Shown: in pieces, positions 37,552-51,809 of the stretch
Layout of the letters: each line of letters begins with the position of its first letter
Position numbering within the stretch: position 1 is the stretch's first letter
NCBI GenBank assembly: GCA_951406725.2
Contig: OX597825.1
Span: 65,038,001 to 65,102,000 of the forward strand
Reading direction: 5' to 3'
Length of the DNA: 64,000 nucleotides
Origin: Octopus vulgaris
Taxonomy: Eukaryota
The notes under the pieces: generated by a model
Seen by the model: the letters and a program-made list of their open reading frames with translations, nothing else
Told to the model about the DNA's origin: nothing
The model's database searches: none
Translations under genes and position numbers: made by a program

Positions 37552-38605
37552 ATATACAGACTTATATATATATGTATATATATATGTGTGTGTGTGTGTG
37601 TATGTATATATATATATGTGTGTGTGTGTATGTATATATATACATATATATACACACATACATACATAGAGAGAGAGACAGGGAGAAGGAGGGAGGGATG
37701 TCATTTAAACGTCGATGACAGAGAGATACTGCACTATTTTTATATGCAGACATACACATCATCTGCTCATTATCATCATCTTCAGATTAACCATTGTTTT
37801 CCTCGTCGTCATCGTCGTCATATCCATTTGTAGTAAAATAAATAGATTTTTTTTTTTTACGTGAATTTTTAAAATATCAAAACAAACACATAACCCAAAT
37901 CAACATTTCATTGTAAATGTATTTATGGGTGTTATATTATTTCAGTTTTGTCTTGTATATTTTATTTGTTTTTAACATTTTTTTTTTTACTTCTTAAAAC
38001 ACATAATTTAGCTCAAAAACAGAATCCCACATTTTTCTTCCCATATGAATATTTTTCACAGTCTTATTTTACTGAAATCAATAATGTACACTGATTATTT
38101 CCTCTCAAGAAATTATCAACAAGCTTAGCATCATCCTATCGATTTTTTCTCATAACTTTTGTTTCTTTAGTTTACGAATTTCTAACAATTTTTGTTATTT
38201 TTGTTTTATTTTCCTAATCGAGTTTCTTTTTTCTTTATTGCCTTTTTACCTTATTTTTATACTTCTCGGGACCCATTTACTTCGATAAAATACGTACGAT
38301 CATCAATATCTGCGGATACTTAAGTCATTTAGAGTCTCTAAGATTCACTAAAACCTCCACCACCACCACCACTACGTCATTGTATAAAACTCAACGTTGT
38401 CAGCATGATTTTGAGCTGTCTCTCTATTACAATTCGTTTTTCTATCCTTCATCATCGGCGTTAAATCTATGGATTTTCAAATCCTGCAGTGTGTTAAAAT
38501 TGTTTACGGTATTCATTTTGCTACATTTAAATTCTAAGTTCAAATATCATCTGGTCAATGTTGTCTTTCCTTAGTGGATAGAATAAAATAGCAGTCAATT
38601 ACTAA

Positions 38606-38867
38606 ATAAAAATAATAAATGCGCCCTTTTAAAGCCAAGCCAGGCTCATGGGCCCGGTTTCCCGGTTTCTATGGCGTGTGTGTTCCCCAGCTGGACGGGA
38701 CGCCAGTCCATCGCAGCTTTACTCATTGTTGCCAGCTGGTTGGACTGGAGCAACGTGAAATGAAGTGTTTTGCTCAAGAACACAAAGCGTCGCCCGGTCC
38801 AGGGATCGAAACCTCAATGTTACGATCATGATGTTGACACCCTAACCACTAAGCCACGCGCCTCCAC
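38606..38867 (-). mobile_element. Full-length SINE-C with 14-bp TSD
   Basis: TSD CAGTCAATTACTAA at 38592-38605 and 38867-38880. A box TGGCTTAGTGG, B box GTTTCGATCC. Confidence 0.95.
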
Positions 38868-39421
38868 AGTCAATTACTAACGTCATTAAAATAAGCGTTT
38901 CAGTTATCCTACATATGAATGGCATTACAGCAGCTGAGTGAGATTCAGGAGAAATAAACGAATGGAAGATATGAGATCTCCGTACTGGTTTATTAACATT
39001 CTTCTCCTCATTCTTTTGATGTATCTTCTCCCATTTGCTTCGCGATATTTTTCTTATCGTATTCATATCTCTACAGCTTTTTTCTTACATAGTGTTAATA
39101 AAAGCAATATGATGAATATGATACAAGTGTTGTTAGCATGAAAAGAGGTAAGGCCGATTTCATAATAATCGGGCATATTCCTTTGCTCTTCCTCATGTCC
39201 GAAAGGCCTAACATTCATTTATCTATTGAATGAATGATATACGAGAAGAAAATTTACATACTCAAACGCGCGCGCGCGCAAGGTTTCAGGTACATACACA
39301 TACAGATATGGATAATAGTATTAAATATTACATTCTTCCAAATTAAAGAATTCATTTAGCTTCTGTCTTATAGGTGTACCTTCGTATCAACACATGCACA
39401 TATGTGCACATTTCCGTGTTA

Positions 39422-39488
<67 letters not shown>

Positions 39489-39520
39489 GCATGTGTGTGT
39501 GAAAGTATTTATATATATAT

Positions 39521-40405
39521 ACTAGCTGACGTACTTGGTAATTCCCAGGAAAGCGGGGCTCTTCCTTTGGTTCCGTTCTCATAATTATTTCGCTAATCCA
39601 ATAAGAACAATACAAAATATGTAGCCCTTAAAACAGTTTTTGTGCATTTACAGAGAATACCGAACTGTCTTACACAGGATCTTATTTTTAGGAATTCCCA
39701 ATAAGTTATGAATACCCAAATTGTGAAGTTATAAAATAAGTAACCCTGTAGAAAGAATCCAGTAGCCCCCAAAATGATTTAATGCGTTCTCAGAGTATAT
39801 AGAACATAAGAGGAAATACTAATAAGGCATGTATACTAAAATCCGGAAGCATATAATGTAAAAACAGGCTAATCAGGTATGAGGTAATAATTCACAATAA
39901 ATAACTCTAAAAAGGGTTTTTGTGCGTTCCCAGAGCACATTACTCTCAGGAGCGGTAGTGTTGGTATATTCGTGAATAAATCACCATCAGAAATAAGTGG
40001 ATCTATTCTTTAGGAAAATACAATTTACTTCTTACGGATTGTACTGGATGAATTACGAAAATATCTCTAACAGTTCAAAAACTAAGCAATAAGCATACTC
40101 AATTTCATTTTACCAAATATTTTAGGAAAATGAATGGCATGTTTCCCTTGGCTGTACATAAGGATCCCTTCCAGGGGCGAATGGGTTATTTCCCTTGCCT
40201 TTTGAAATAAAATATTTTATATGTATATAACGATCCATTCCAGGGCCCATTTTATCAATTTTTGCAACAATCTTAAAATGCCATGTGGTTTCCAGACATG
40301 AGTTCTACTCAAGTGTCAAATTTCATCAAAATCGAGAAAATTATGTAGGAGGAGTTAGCTAACGCCTCCACAAACACATTCGCAGGCAGAAATTCTTGAT
40401 TTATC
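39521..40405 (-). mobile_element. Probable non-autonomous Helitron-like element
   Basis: CTAG terminus at 39522-25 with an adjacent degenerate hairpin. The far end has AAATTTCATCAAAATCG...GGAGGAGTTAG, resembling non-autonomous Helitron bodies as I recall them; not verified. Confidence 0.45.
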
Positions 40406-40407
40406 CT

Positions 40408-40977
40408 TGGTGGGACATCAAACGGATCATCCATTGCGTGCTACAGGAACAAAGAAGGACCATCGGTGCAGATATCTCTTACGAATAACTTGATCGTATA
40501 CTTCAAAAAACGTGTCGAAAGTGGCCAGCTTTGTTAAACAGGAAAAAGGTGTTAGTAGCCCCTACTCTTAACCACTACGCCATATGCCCGTGAGCATATG
40601 GCGCAGTGTTATTCTTCAGTATGACAGTGCATGGCGACACTCTTTCAAAAAACTCAAGACAAAAATAACGAGACGTTCTTCATACTCACATGACTTAGCA
40701 TCTACGAATTTCCGTCTGTTCCGACCACTAGAACATTTTATAAGAGATAAAGCATTCAGAAACAAGCAGGAAGTATAAAATATTCTTTTCAGACTGTTTT
40801 TAGGAAAAGAAATAGCTTTCTTTGAACGTGGAATAACGAAGTTACTTTTGGGCTACATTCGTTGAGAACAATAGTGATTACATTCTTGATAAAAAAAATA
40901 CTATTCAGATGAAGGTCGTTCGCATTCATTTTTATATCCTTTCTGGTAAAATACAATTCCTTTCCGAACACGTAATA
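40408..40977 (+). pseudogene. Decayed mariner (DD34D) transposase 3' half plus right TIR
   Basis: WWDIKRIIH...*LDR...KWPALLNRKKV[insert]ILQYDSAWRH...YSHDLASTNFRLFRPLEH...FFERGITKL. This matches the mariner WWD / HDNARPH / YSPDLAP pattern. TIR-like TTCCTTTCCGAACACGTAATA. Confidence 0.85.
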
Positions 40978-41209
40978 TATATGTAAATATATAAATATAT
41001 ACATTCATACACATATCTACATGTCTGAATATATATTTATGTATCTATGTACTTATTTAAGTATAAATTACCATTGCTATATATATATATAGTTGTGTGT
41101 GTGTGTATGATTGTAAGTATGTATATATGAACATATATATATTCTAGTGTACATGCATATATATCTGCGTGCATTTATGTTCATATATATGCATATATAT
41201 GTGTATATT

Positions 41210-41285
<76 letters not shown>

Positions 41286-42252
41286 TATATGCATGTATGT
41301 ATATCATATCGATTCCAGTTGAAACTGATACCCACCGAATATTTCCTTGATATAAAAATTTTATATGGGGAACGAAAACTTGATAGGACAATTTGTCATT
41401 ATTCGACATATTTCTAAGTGATGTTTTGCATGTTGGAATGATATCAACTTTGTTTCCTTTAGTGTGAGTAAAGACACTCAGTAATTCATTTTGCGTAGTT
41501 ATTTACGCAACGCTGTATGGAAGTAGATATGTTGATATAAAGACACACATGCATAATCAATAGAAAGGCTACGTTTGAGAAATGTTCACCGTTATAACAA
41601 ATTAAGACAGTGATTGATATCATCATCTCTGTTTGAATTCATTTTAGCGCAGAGTGTGGAGGACAGTTTGATTACTAAGAATTTGAGCCGTCTGATACTT
41701 ACACAGACACACATAACCACACAGTCACACGTAGACACACATACATATATACACGTGTATGTGTGTGAGTGTGTATATATGTTTGTACTATATGACTAGA
41801 GATATATAATTGTGAGTGTATATTCATATTCATATACATGGCAGTGTATATTCATACATATTTGTGTATAGGCTCAATTATAATTATATATATATATATT
41901 TATATATGTATACACATACATATATACACACATACATACATATATATAATACATACATACACATATATAAACTCACATACATTCATATTTTATATGTGAT
42001 TTATCTTATATGTGCGTATTTATGTATATATACAGACCATACAGACACATAAATTTATTTTTGTATTCGTTTACTAATTTCTACATCTAGTTGTCAATGG
42101 GTTCGTTTGACGCCATGAATCGTTGAGGTTATGCATAAGAGCACACATACAACTATATATGCGTGTGTGTATGTGTTTGTATATGTAAATATATATGTAC
42201 GTGTATGTGTTTGCATCTATGTGTATAGACATATATGTGCATATATATATAT

Positions 42253-42410
42253 AGTGGTGTGTGGTAAGTAGCTTCCTTACGAACCACATGGTTCTGGGTT
42301 CAGTCCCACTACGTTGCACCTTGGGCAAGTGTTGTCTACTATAGCCACGGACAGACCAAAGCCTTGCCAATGGATTTGGTAGACGGAAACTGAAAGAAGC
42401 CCGTCGTATG

Positions 42411-42442
<32 letters not shown>

Positions 42443-42695
42443 GGTGTGTGTGTGCGTGCGTGTGTGTGTGTGTATCTGTGTTTTTCCCCCCAACACCGCT
42501 TGACAACCCATGCTGGTGTGTTTAGGTCCCCGTAACTTAGCGGTTCGGCTAAAGAGACCGATATAATAAATACTAGGCTTACAAAGAATAAGTCCTGAGG
42601 TCGATTTGATTCGACTGGAGGCGGTGCTCCAGCATGGCTTCAGTCAAATGACTGAAACAAGTAAAAGAATAAAAGAATAAAGAATAAAAGAATAA
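42253..42695 (+). mobile_element. Near full-length SINE-B
   Basis: Collinear with 35440-35848; includes GCACCTTGGGCAAGTG (CORE-like). Confidence 0.95.
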
Positions 42696-42704
42696 ATAAT
42701 ATAT

Positions 42705-42802
<98 letters not shown>

Positions 42803-42969
42803 GTATGTATATATGTATGTATGTGTGAATGCCTTTAAACAGACGAAATATACTCAATACATATATAAAGCTGATTGCTAGTGCATACATTTCTTCCTTT
42901 TACTTCATATTGCATATTTTTTTTCCTTCTATTCCTTATATTTTGTCTACCTTCCCATTTACTTTTCAC

Positions 42970-43402
42970 GCAACCGTATGTAAACGTATGAATATAATCG
43001 AAAAGTAAGGAAAGTATGTAGACACGGATGAAAGCAGAATATTTTAAAGGAAGCGTGATTGATCTCCTTATTTCGTTCAATTACGTCATCTTATCGTTAT
43101 CTAAATCCATTTGCAAAAGCTCTAACTATACTAACATAATTCACTCTATAAAGAGATATATAATTTGGTGCAAAAACAAAATTGCAACCGTATGTAAACG
43201 TATGAAAATATAATCGAAAAGTAAGGAAAGTATGCAGACACGGATGAAAGCAGAATATTTTAAAGGAAGCCTAATTTATCTCCTTATTTCGTTCAATTAT
43301 GTCATCTTATCGTTATCTAAATCTATTTGCAAAAGCTCTAACTATACTAACATAATTCGCTCTATAAAGAGATATATAATTTGGTGAAAAAACAAAATTG
43401 CA
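42970..43402. repeat. Recent 214-bp tandem duplication
   Basis: GCAACCGTATGTAAACGTATGAA starts at 42970 and 43184; the units are near-identical, with GCA microhomology at the junctions. Confidence 0.97.
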
Positions 43403-43541
43403 CTGACCATTCCGTTCACGATCTTTTAATTCGTGTTTTTGTGTCCAAGCAATCTTTAAGCACAACGAAAATTGCGATGCCTACTAAAACACTGGCCTTC
43501 TACCAGTAGTGGTCCCAGCTGTGTGTGTGTATATATATATG

Positions 43542-43774
43542 TATTTCTTTACTACCCACAAGGGGCTAAACACAGAGGGAAAAAACAAGGACAGACAAAC
43601 GGATTAAATCGATTACATCGACCCCAGTGCGTAACTGGAACTTAATTTATCGAGCCCGAAATGATGAAAAGCAAAGTCGACCTCGGCGGAATTTGAACTC
43701 AGAGCGTGACGGCAGACGAAACACCGCGAAGCATTTCGCCCGGCATTTTAACGTTTCTGCCAGCCCGCCGCCTT
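43542..43774 (-). mobile_element. Full-length long-tail SINE-A monomer
   Basis: Collinear with 10070-10302; flanked by similar GTGTGTGTAT.TATAT tracts. Confidence 0.95.
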
Positions 43775-43987
43775 GTGTGTGTATGTATATGTATGTCTGT
43801 GTCTGTATGTGTATGGCTGTGAGTGTGTATGTGCGTGTGGTGGTGGTGGTGGTGGTGGCGGGGGTAAGATTATTTATTCTGGATGCATATATGTCACTGC
43901 AGGCATATATCTCTAAATATAATACTGTCTGTCTCTTTCTTTACCTAACTGCCTGCCGAATATGTCTGTCCCTCTCATTCTTCCTGT

Positions 43988-44040
<53 letters not shown>

Positions 44041-44242
44041 CATATATTCAATATAAACCAATATTTGTTGGTAATTTTCTAGACCTGACGTAGTTTCGTT
44101 GATTAATACACCAGACATCTTAAAATGTTAAGTTAATAAAGAAACGTAAATTAAGTTTCCTACTGTTTCATATGATCTCCCGGACTTGCTGACGCACTAT
44201 TTTATCCATTTGCCCTACGTCTTTCATATTTACCTACAAATT

Positions 44243-44252
44243 AGTACTACTG

Positions 44253-44341
<89 letters not shown>

Positions 44342-44358
44342 GATAATAATAATAATAA

Positions 44359-44406
<48 letters not shown>

Positions 44407-44440
44407 TAATAATAATAATAGTAATAATAATAATAATAAC

Positions 44441-44477
<37 letters not shown>

Positions 44478-44530
44478 TTTTCTAAGAATACTGCAACTAC
44501 CACTACTATTACCACTACTACTACTACTAT
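44243..44530. repeat. (TAC)n-(TAA)n-(TAC)n microsatellite
   Basis: Direct reading. Other (TAC)n tracts lie at 5378-5428, 6620-6762 and 32700-32745. Confidence 0.95.
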
Positions 44531-45126
44531 TAAACAACTGATACTATTATTGCAATAAAGTTAACTAGCGCCACCAATGACTCAGTATGCTATTTTGTTT
44601 CTTGCCACCATAGGCTTTACACCTGTTTTCTTTCATGATATTTCCAAAAAATGAAACACCATGCTGTGTTGTTTTTTGAAACGTTGAAGAGAAAACTGTA
44701 AATTATTTTAGTCACGCACACACTCCCACAAACATACACATATTATAATATAAATGGATGTGTTTGTATGAATAAACTTGTTTGTAAGAATAAAGTTGAA
44801 CAAACATTTCTGTTCAAATACCTCAATTCTGTTTTTACTGTAGATATATTGTATTACATTTGAAAAGTAATATCTACATATATTGTATCCCATTAGAAAA
44901 ATAATATCTAAGCTACCAAGAAAATATAGAGTAACGTATACAAATAGAATAACCAATACTGTTACAATAACCGGGCTACTTGTAATATATTTTAACCCAG
45001 ACAAATGCAGCATGACAGAACATTCTGAACGATAACTGTAGAATCATCATGAAATTATGAAAGAAAAATAATTGTAATGATGTTATAAGTTGCTTAAATA
45101 CTATTAAAATGTAATATTTATAGAAC

Positions 45127-45580
45127 GTGGTGAATTTTCAGAAGTGTTAGCACGCCTGACATAAATGCTTAGCGGTATTTCGTCCGTTTAAGGCGGCGAG
45201 CTGGCAGAATCGTTAGCACGCCGGGCGAAATGCTTAACGGTATTTCGCCTGTATTTACGTTCTGAGTTCAAATTCCGCCGAGGTCGACTTTGCCTTTCAT
45301 CCTTTCGGGGTCGATTAAATAAGTACCAGTTACGCACTGGGGTCGATATAATCGACTTAATCCGTTTGTCTGTCCTTGTTTGTCCTCTCTGTGTTTAGCC
45401 CCTTGTGGGTAGTAAAGAAATAGGTATTTCGTCCGTTTTAACGTTCTTAGTTCAAGTACCACCGAGGTCGACTTTGCCTTTGATCGATAAAATAAGTACC
45501 AGTTGAAAACTGAAGATAATATAATTAACTTATCACTCTTCCGAACTTGCTGGCCTCGTGCCAAATTTGAAACTAATATC
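45127..45580 (+). mobile_element. Young long-tail SINE-A (45190-45422) inserted into an older SINE-A with 16-bp TSD
   Basis: TSD GGTATTTCGTCCGTTT at 45174-45189 and 45423-45438; old head upstream, old body downstream. Confidence 0.92.
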
Positions 45581-46454
45581 TACGCCTATAAGCTTTCAGT
45601 TTCAAATTTTTGAATGACCCTGTTGTCTCAAAGTTTACCATGCAAAGCTCCAGAATTTATTAGAAAATACTGTATAAAATATTATATTATAAAATGTAGA
45701 ATTATTAATGTACGTAAATAATAAGTGCTGCTACAGACCATTCAACCAAAGTTTCTCACTTTTGGGCGGAAAGAAACTGGGATTGATACACATGACATTT
45801 CTCACACAAGAACATGGACGATTCTAAGAAACTAAGGCACATGTAAAAAGGAATGAAGAGAAAATTACTCTTGATACTCGTTGGTATGTTATTTTCTCAT
45901 CTTCAGGGAAATCAAACAGAAATGTAGCCTCTACAGGATTTGAGCTGCCTACGTAGTGAACTGGGACAAATAATACTAAATATTCTAATAGACGTTCTAA
46001 CACTTGTGATGATTTCGACATTATTCCATGAAATGCCAGTAGAAAGATCTGGTGGTTACAAAATTTGCAAATACAACGTACATAGCTAGGTAGGTTCTGC
46101 TATTTTGCTTTGGGTCATAAGATAATGTAAGGAGGAATTAGCTGTGACTGCACAGAAAATGAGAGATTTATGACGTGTGAAAAACCAGAAAATAAGTTTG
46201 ACTTATATGAATTATGCAGAAACTTTCTTTAAGCTTCAGTGTCGACGCAAGGATAATTAACTATACAAGAAGAGAGTACAATGAATATACGAGCATTCTC
46301 ATAAAAAAAAACGCGCGCATGCACACACACTCACATACACATACACACACAAACAGACATACTCACATAGACATATATTGTTTCCGCTACATGTAAACGA
46401 AAAAGTTATTTTCTGCAATCCGCTATGGACCCCGTGAAGAGGTATTGAATTACA

Positions 46455-46800
46455 ACTATCAGAACTCTTAAATAGAAAAGGACCAAGAAAATGTAAAACC
46501 AAGTATACATTGCCTATCGGCCCGATCAAAACTCAACGTCTATACCTGCAGTCTTGTGTGATGTATAAAATCACGAATAGCAAATGTAATGAATTGTACG
46601 CCGGAAGTAGCACCAGTCATGTACACATATGGACTAAAAACACCTCAGCGCAAAACTTTCTTCCGTTAAAGAACACCCACGAAAATGCTACATCCAAGAA
46701 AAATTTTCCATTGCAACTACTAAACGAAATAGTGGAGACCTGAGGATAAAAAAGATATTCTAATTACCAAGACTAGCATAAATGTTAATGACAAAACCTA
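46455..46800 (+). pseudogene. Decayed Penelope-type GIY-YIG endonuclease fragment
   Basis: SCVMYKITNSKCNELYAGSSTSHVHIWTK..LSAKLSSVKEH...C resembles the Penelope pattern VVYKITC..C...YIGST.R.L..R..EH.....SSV..H; contains frameshifts. Confidence 0.65.
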
Positions 46801-47572
46801 ACTGTTTGCAGCTGATTGTCTACAATATTAACACAGAGCAGTCCTTCACAGGCATGCACTGCAGAACCTAGAAGTCAGCTCACCACATATTTTCTCCGGA
46901 GATTGCCTGGGAAAGTAAAAGTACAAACCACCAACTTATGTTATCTTTTGTTCACTATTTTAGCTTTATACAAACAAGCATTAAGACACATACACGCATA
47001 TATATTCAGAAACTTCACAAATTACAGCTATCATTACTACTAGTTTTGCGTTTTCAATATTCGGTTAACTGTGACGTGAGATATTTCTACCACTTAGTAG
47101 ATACACTCAAAGGTAAATACAGTCAAAGTTATTAAGAATCCCATTTAAATTACTCGAGGACTCTTTGCTGACGTAGGAAGAAAGAACGACAATGACAATG
47201 AAGAAAGAGATTCTATGATAAAAATAAAAAAGTTTGAGTAAAAGAAAAAAAAAAACTTTTGAAAAATATTTCAAATAGAATGGGATAAAAATAGAGAAAT
47301 GTAAATAAAAGAGAAAAGAAATAAATAAAAAGATGAAAATATATAAACGAAAACTATTGTAAATCTAAGTATGTTGTCCTAGTAACATAAATCTTGAGTA
47401 TAAAGCGTAAAAACTATAACTTCTTCTATAGCTACATAAATAACATTGTAGGTAGAGAAGGCAAATAGATAACATTAGCTTTATACGTTGTTTATGATTT
47501 ATGTCACCAGGACAACAGATCTTATTCATTTATTTCCACAATACATATATATACACGTATACATACAGTACC

Positions 47573-47622
<50 letters not shown>

Positions 47623-49799
47623 TGTATGTGTGTGTGCATATGCATGTATTTATATATTATATATAAATATGAGTGTGTATGAATGTGTGTATGCATAGAC
47701 CAGAATCTCTGGCCACACGTTCCCTTTTTACAACGCTTAAACACCACAAATTGAACTGTAGAAATAGCCCTAATTCTACATTAATTAACCTATCTAAGCC
47801 ACAGTTAGGTATACAGAGCAGGAGAATATTAGATACAATATTTTCCTGAGTGAAAACTGTTTCCTACACAACTTGTAGCTATTGTACAATTCATTAGAAG
47901 TGCGAGCGGAATCTCGAAGTGAACAGGATAAACTAAATTTTTACAGAACGATATTGTGAACTTTTGTCCTCTAGTAACCAAACCTTTACTAATTAAGTTC
48001 TTATATTTTACGAAAAAAAAATTACTGATATTAATGAGTCGGACCTTAAACCATGCTTATGAAGAATGTAAGAAAATCACCTGTAATTTTTGATAACGAA
48101 ACTTATATTTAGAAAAACAAGGATGAATTGTTTCACTTTACATTTGTGATATAAAATTGTGATCAGATGAGTAAAATTATAGGGTTATATATTCTAAATT
48201 CATTATGGATAAATGTCATAAAATTAATAGCTTATATTATGATGATTGAGTAATCCTATCGAGAAAATCCAATACACATAGACTGGTTTAATATAGGAAA
48301 GACCTAATCTAATTATCTCAAATATTAGACGCAAGCATAAACTTTCGATGCACAACCTAGAGAGAGGTTTTAGTTTTAGAAATTTGTATACATACACGGG
48401 CAATCAAATAGCTCACCCAGCATCTTGAGAAGTTTTCGACGGTTTTAGTAAACAATCATCAATATATTTCCTGAAAATGTGGTTATGGGGACAGCTGGGT
48501 TTTACAATGCAGTGCGTCTGAAATAGGGTAAACCTCAAAAGGATTAGATATGAAAATAAAACACTAAGAGAGATGAACGTAGAAATAGGAAAAGGGATAT
48601 TGGATGGTACTTTATTTACAAGTAAAAACAAATGCACATTTATTTCGAATTCCTTAATTGAAAGGTCACTATTTTCCGTTGATTATACATACGAAGATTT
48701 TAAGTATTTATCGTGATAAATTTAGTTATTGAAACTAAAGATTTTGGATCTTATTTCAACTGTTATTATATTAAAATACTAAATGCGACAGAAAGACTAG
48801 ACTCTAATCAACACTACACACGCAACTGTAAAATTACTGAAATTTCTCCAGTAAATAGTAAGTGTACGGTAAATTGATAATATAGGGCGCTATATTTGAG
48901 TCATTAGAGATAATAAAAAAGTGTATGTTTGGGTAACTGAATTAACATTTAAAAATCAATGCTATACACATTAGCATTCATTTAACAAGCCTAATAAATA
49001 AAAAATGTGCCACGGTTTTATCAAAATAACCTGGTTGATTGTGAATAAGTGAATAGTAGATTCAGATGTAAAAAGATAAGCTATAACGAGAAGATGAGAC
49101 TTTTTCAAAATAGAAAAGGTTTAAACAATGGAAGGGAATTATTGGCACACTGTATCTGCGAAAGTAAACATAATTGGTCTAATTATTAGCCTCATTGGTT
49201 TTCATTTGGTTCAGTGAAAATCTTTTATTTCGATGTGGCAATTCTTTTCAGATAAGTGGGTTTTGTTGCGTTTGGGGTTTTGTAATTTTTAAATTTTAAA
49301 TTGCTTAAACAGCAGCGGAACATTCCAAGAGCCAGAAATAAGTTGGAAACACGATATCAAAACAGATGTTATTTCATTTAAAATATTATTTGCATGACTC
49401 TTTAAAAAATTTAAGCATTTTTCCGGCCGACCTGATGAAATATTTGGCCAAAAATCCAATCATTTAAACCGTAATACATGCATATTATCAACCCAAAGAG
49501 TTAACACGCGAAACTTCGATTACTGGCATTTTTTAGGCATTCTGTTAAAATCAATGATGAAGTACACTCTCTTTGTGTATAGAGTACTATAATTTATCGC
49601 TTCTTGATGAATCAACGTAAATTCGTATATATATATGTATATATGTATGTATGTATATACATATATGAATATATATGTATGTACATATATGTATATATTT
49701 ACATATATATTTATATATATGTGTGTGTATGAATATGTGTGTGTGTGCGTATCGTTAGATTCGTTCTTGATATATTTGAAGATGCCTATGTTATTAGCT

Positions 49800-50115
49800 T
49801 TACACTTTGTGGTTCCTGAGGGACTTAGTAGGCGAATTTTGGCATGCAATCTACATTTACATTGGGAACATGTAATAGGAGAGGCAGGACTAGCTATGAC
49901 TCTTGCTTCCCGTGCAACCCTCCCCTCTCCAGCTCATCTGGTCATATCGGATCCAGAGCATTGTAGTCCAGAATCCATAAGACTACACCATAGTAAGCGA
50001 CCATGTGCAAGATGCTCGGTAATTTCTTGAGCGTGTCTTTGTATCTCTTCTGTGTTCCACCACGGGAGCGAGAGCCAAATGTTAATTTTCCACAGAAAAT
50101 CGTTTTGGAGATAGA
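49800..50115 (-). pseudogene. Decayed RTE-clade LINE ORF C-terminus
   Basis: SKTIFCGKLTFGSRSRGGTQKRYKDTLK...EHLAHGRLLW...ITCSQCKCRLHAKIRLLS..RNH matches the RTE G.R..GG..KRYKDTLK motif and terminal CxxC...H..H finger. Confidence 0.8.
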
Positions 50116-51745
50116 AAACCTTGTACAGACATACAGATTAGTTGACTTGCAGAATTAGACATCTTTTCCAAAACCAACAAGAAGGAGAATATCATAGGTG
50201 CACTTAGTCACGTTAATAAATACCTAGGTCATAATTTGGAAAAGCTAAGGTTTTCTAGCAAATAAAAAGCCCGGTTAACACGAACGTAACAAATATAAGC
50301 TGTAAGGGGAACAGTAAAAATATGTGAAACTTTCCAAAAGTTGAATATTTAAGAAAGAATATTAAGAAAGTTCCTATCCAAATTCCGATGCTGGAGTTTT
50401 TCTTTCTGTGTTAGAAACCAGATACTTCATTGTATAAAGAATGCAAATAAGTAAAAAGAAGATATACGTTTATAGATATATTTAGATACATACATATGCA
50501 CCGTTTTTGTAACAAAAGGAAAGTGGACTCATACAGACCAGCGTATAATTATATTTGTTCGTCTTAAGTTTTATGCCGTTATTTATGTTCCACGTTACAC
50601 GCTCGTTCAGACAGCAACTTAAAGTATTGACACTATATCAAACTGCCGTCTGAGTGTTTGACATTTCAGCAAGTTCTAAACTCGAATATTATTATCGCTA
50701 TCCTTATTATTATTATTATTACTATTATTAATGTTATTTTTTTTCTTGCACCTACAAATGTTATAAAGAATGACATTAATATCACCTCTTCCATTTTCAT
50801 CAAAGACAACATAGTTATTTATTAAAAAAAAAGGGAAAAGAAGGAAGATTTGATTTTTGATACTAAACCAGAAATATACCGACCTTTACATTTTGCAAAC
50901 CATCAATTGATGTTCCATGCCGGCAAGCTGAAATATTTAGCAATCGTAGCAATGTCTAGATGTGCAAAATAAAATATTCTACTGTTCTATATTATTAGAC
51001 TAATACTAGAAACAAATATATTTAACCTTTCCATTATCTTTTTCCTTATCTCTTCTTACCAGGAATCCTTTTTTTTCCTTTTTCTCTTCTCACATGTATG
51101 TATGTGTGAGATGGGCCTTACATGCAAACGTGGTGATTCTATTTCTCTCTTTCTTTCGCTCTCTCTCTCTCTTTTATTCATCCACACAAAACAAGTATTC
51201 TATCAATTTCTAAACCCACACACTTAAAGTTAGGTAACTAAACACTACAACTACACACACATACACACAAACACACGCACACACACAAACATGAACACAC
51301 ACATACGCACACAGACATGAACACACACATACAGAGAGACGATGGTTGCAAATATAGACAGGCTTTCGGCGAATTCCGATAAATTTCCCAAATTCCAAGA
51401 GCCTGCCGTTATAAAAATTGATTTTGATTTAAATGTCAACGTAAACTGGAGGATTTGGTAATTATTTTAAGGAATCGGATAATGGAATTTCGAATACAGA
51501 CGGATTGGTTTTGTTTATACAGCTAAAACTATAGCGTGAATTGATACATGTGCTCTCCAAAGTTCTATATTTCTACACTACATTAAGATCATTTCTCCCA
51601 GAAACATTCTATTGATTTTTTTGGTCAGCATAGAAGACCGTCATTTATGATATAGCAAGCTAGATGCAAAGTTTACACACACACATACACACATACTCTT
51701 TCTCTCTCCTTCTGTTTCTCTCTCTTTCTCTCTCTCTCTCAGTCT

Positions 51746-51809
<64 letters not shown>

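Noticed and set aside
44083-44130. Minus-strand GAAACTACGTCAGG hammerhead-like 3' half
   Set aside because: The 5' core reads TTTAAGA and the stems are too degenerate to support.
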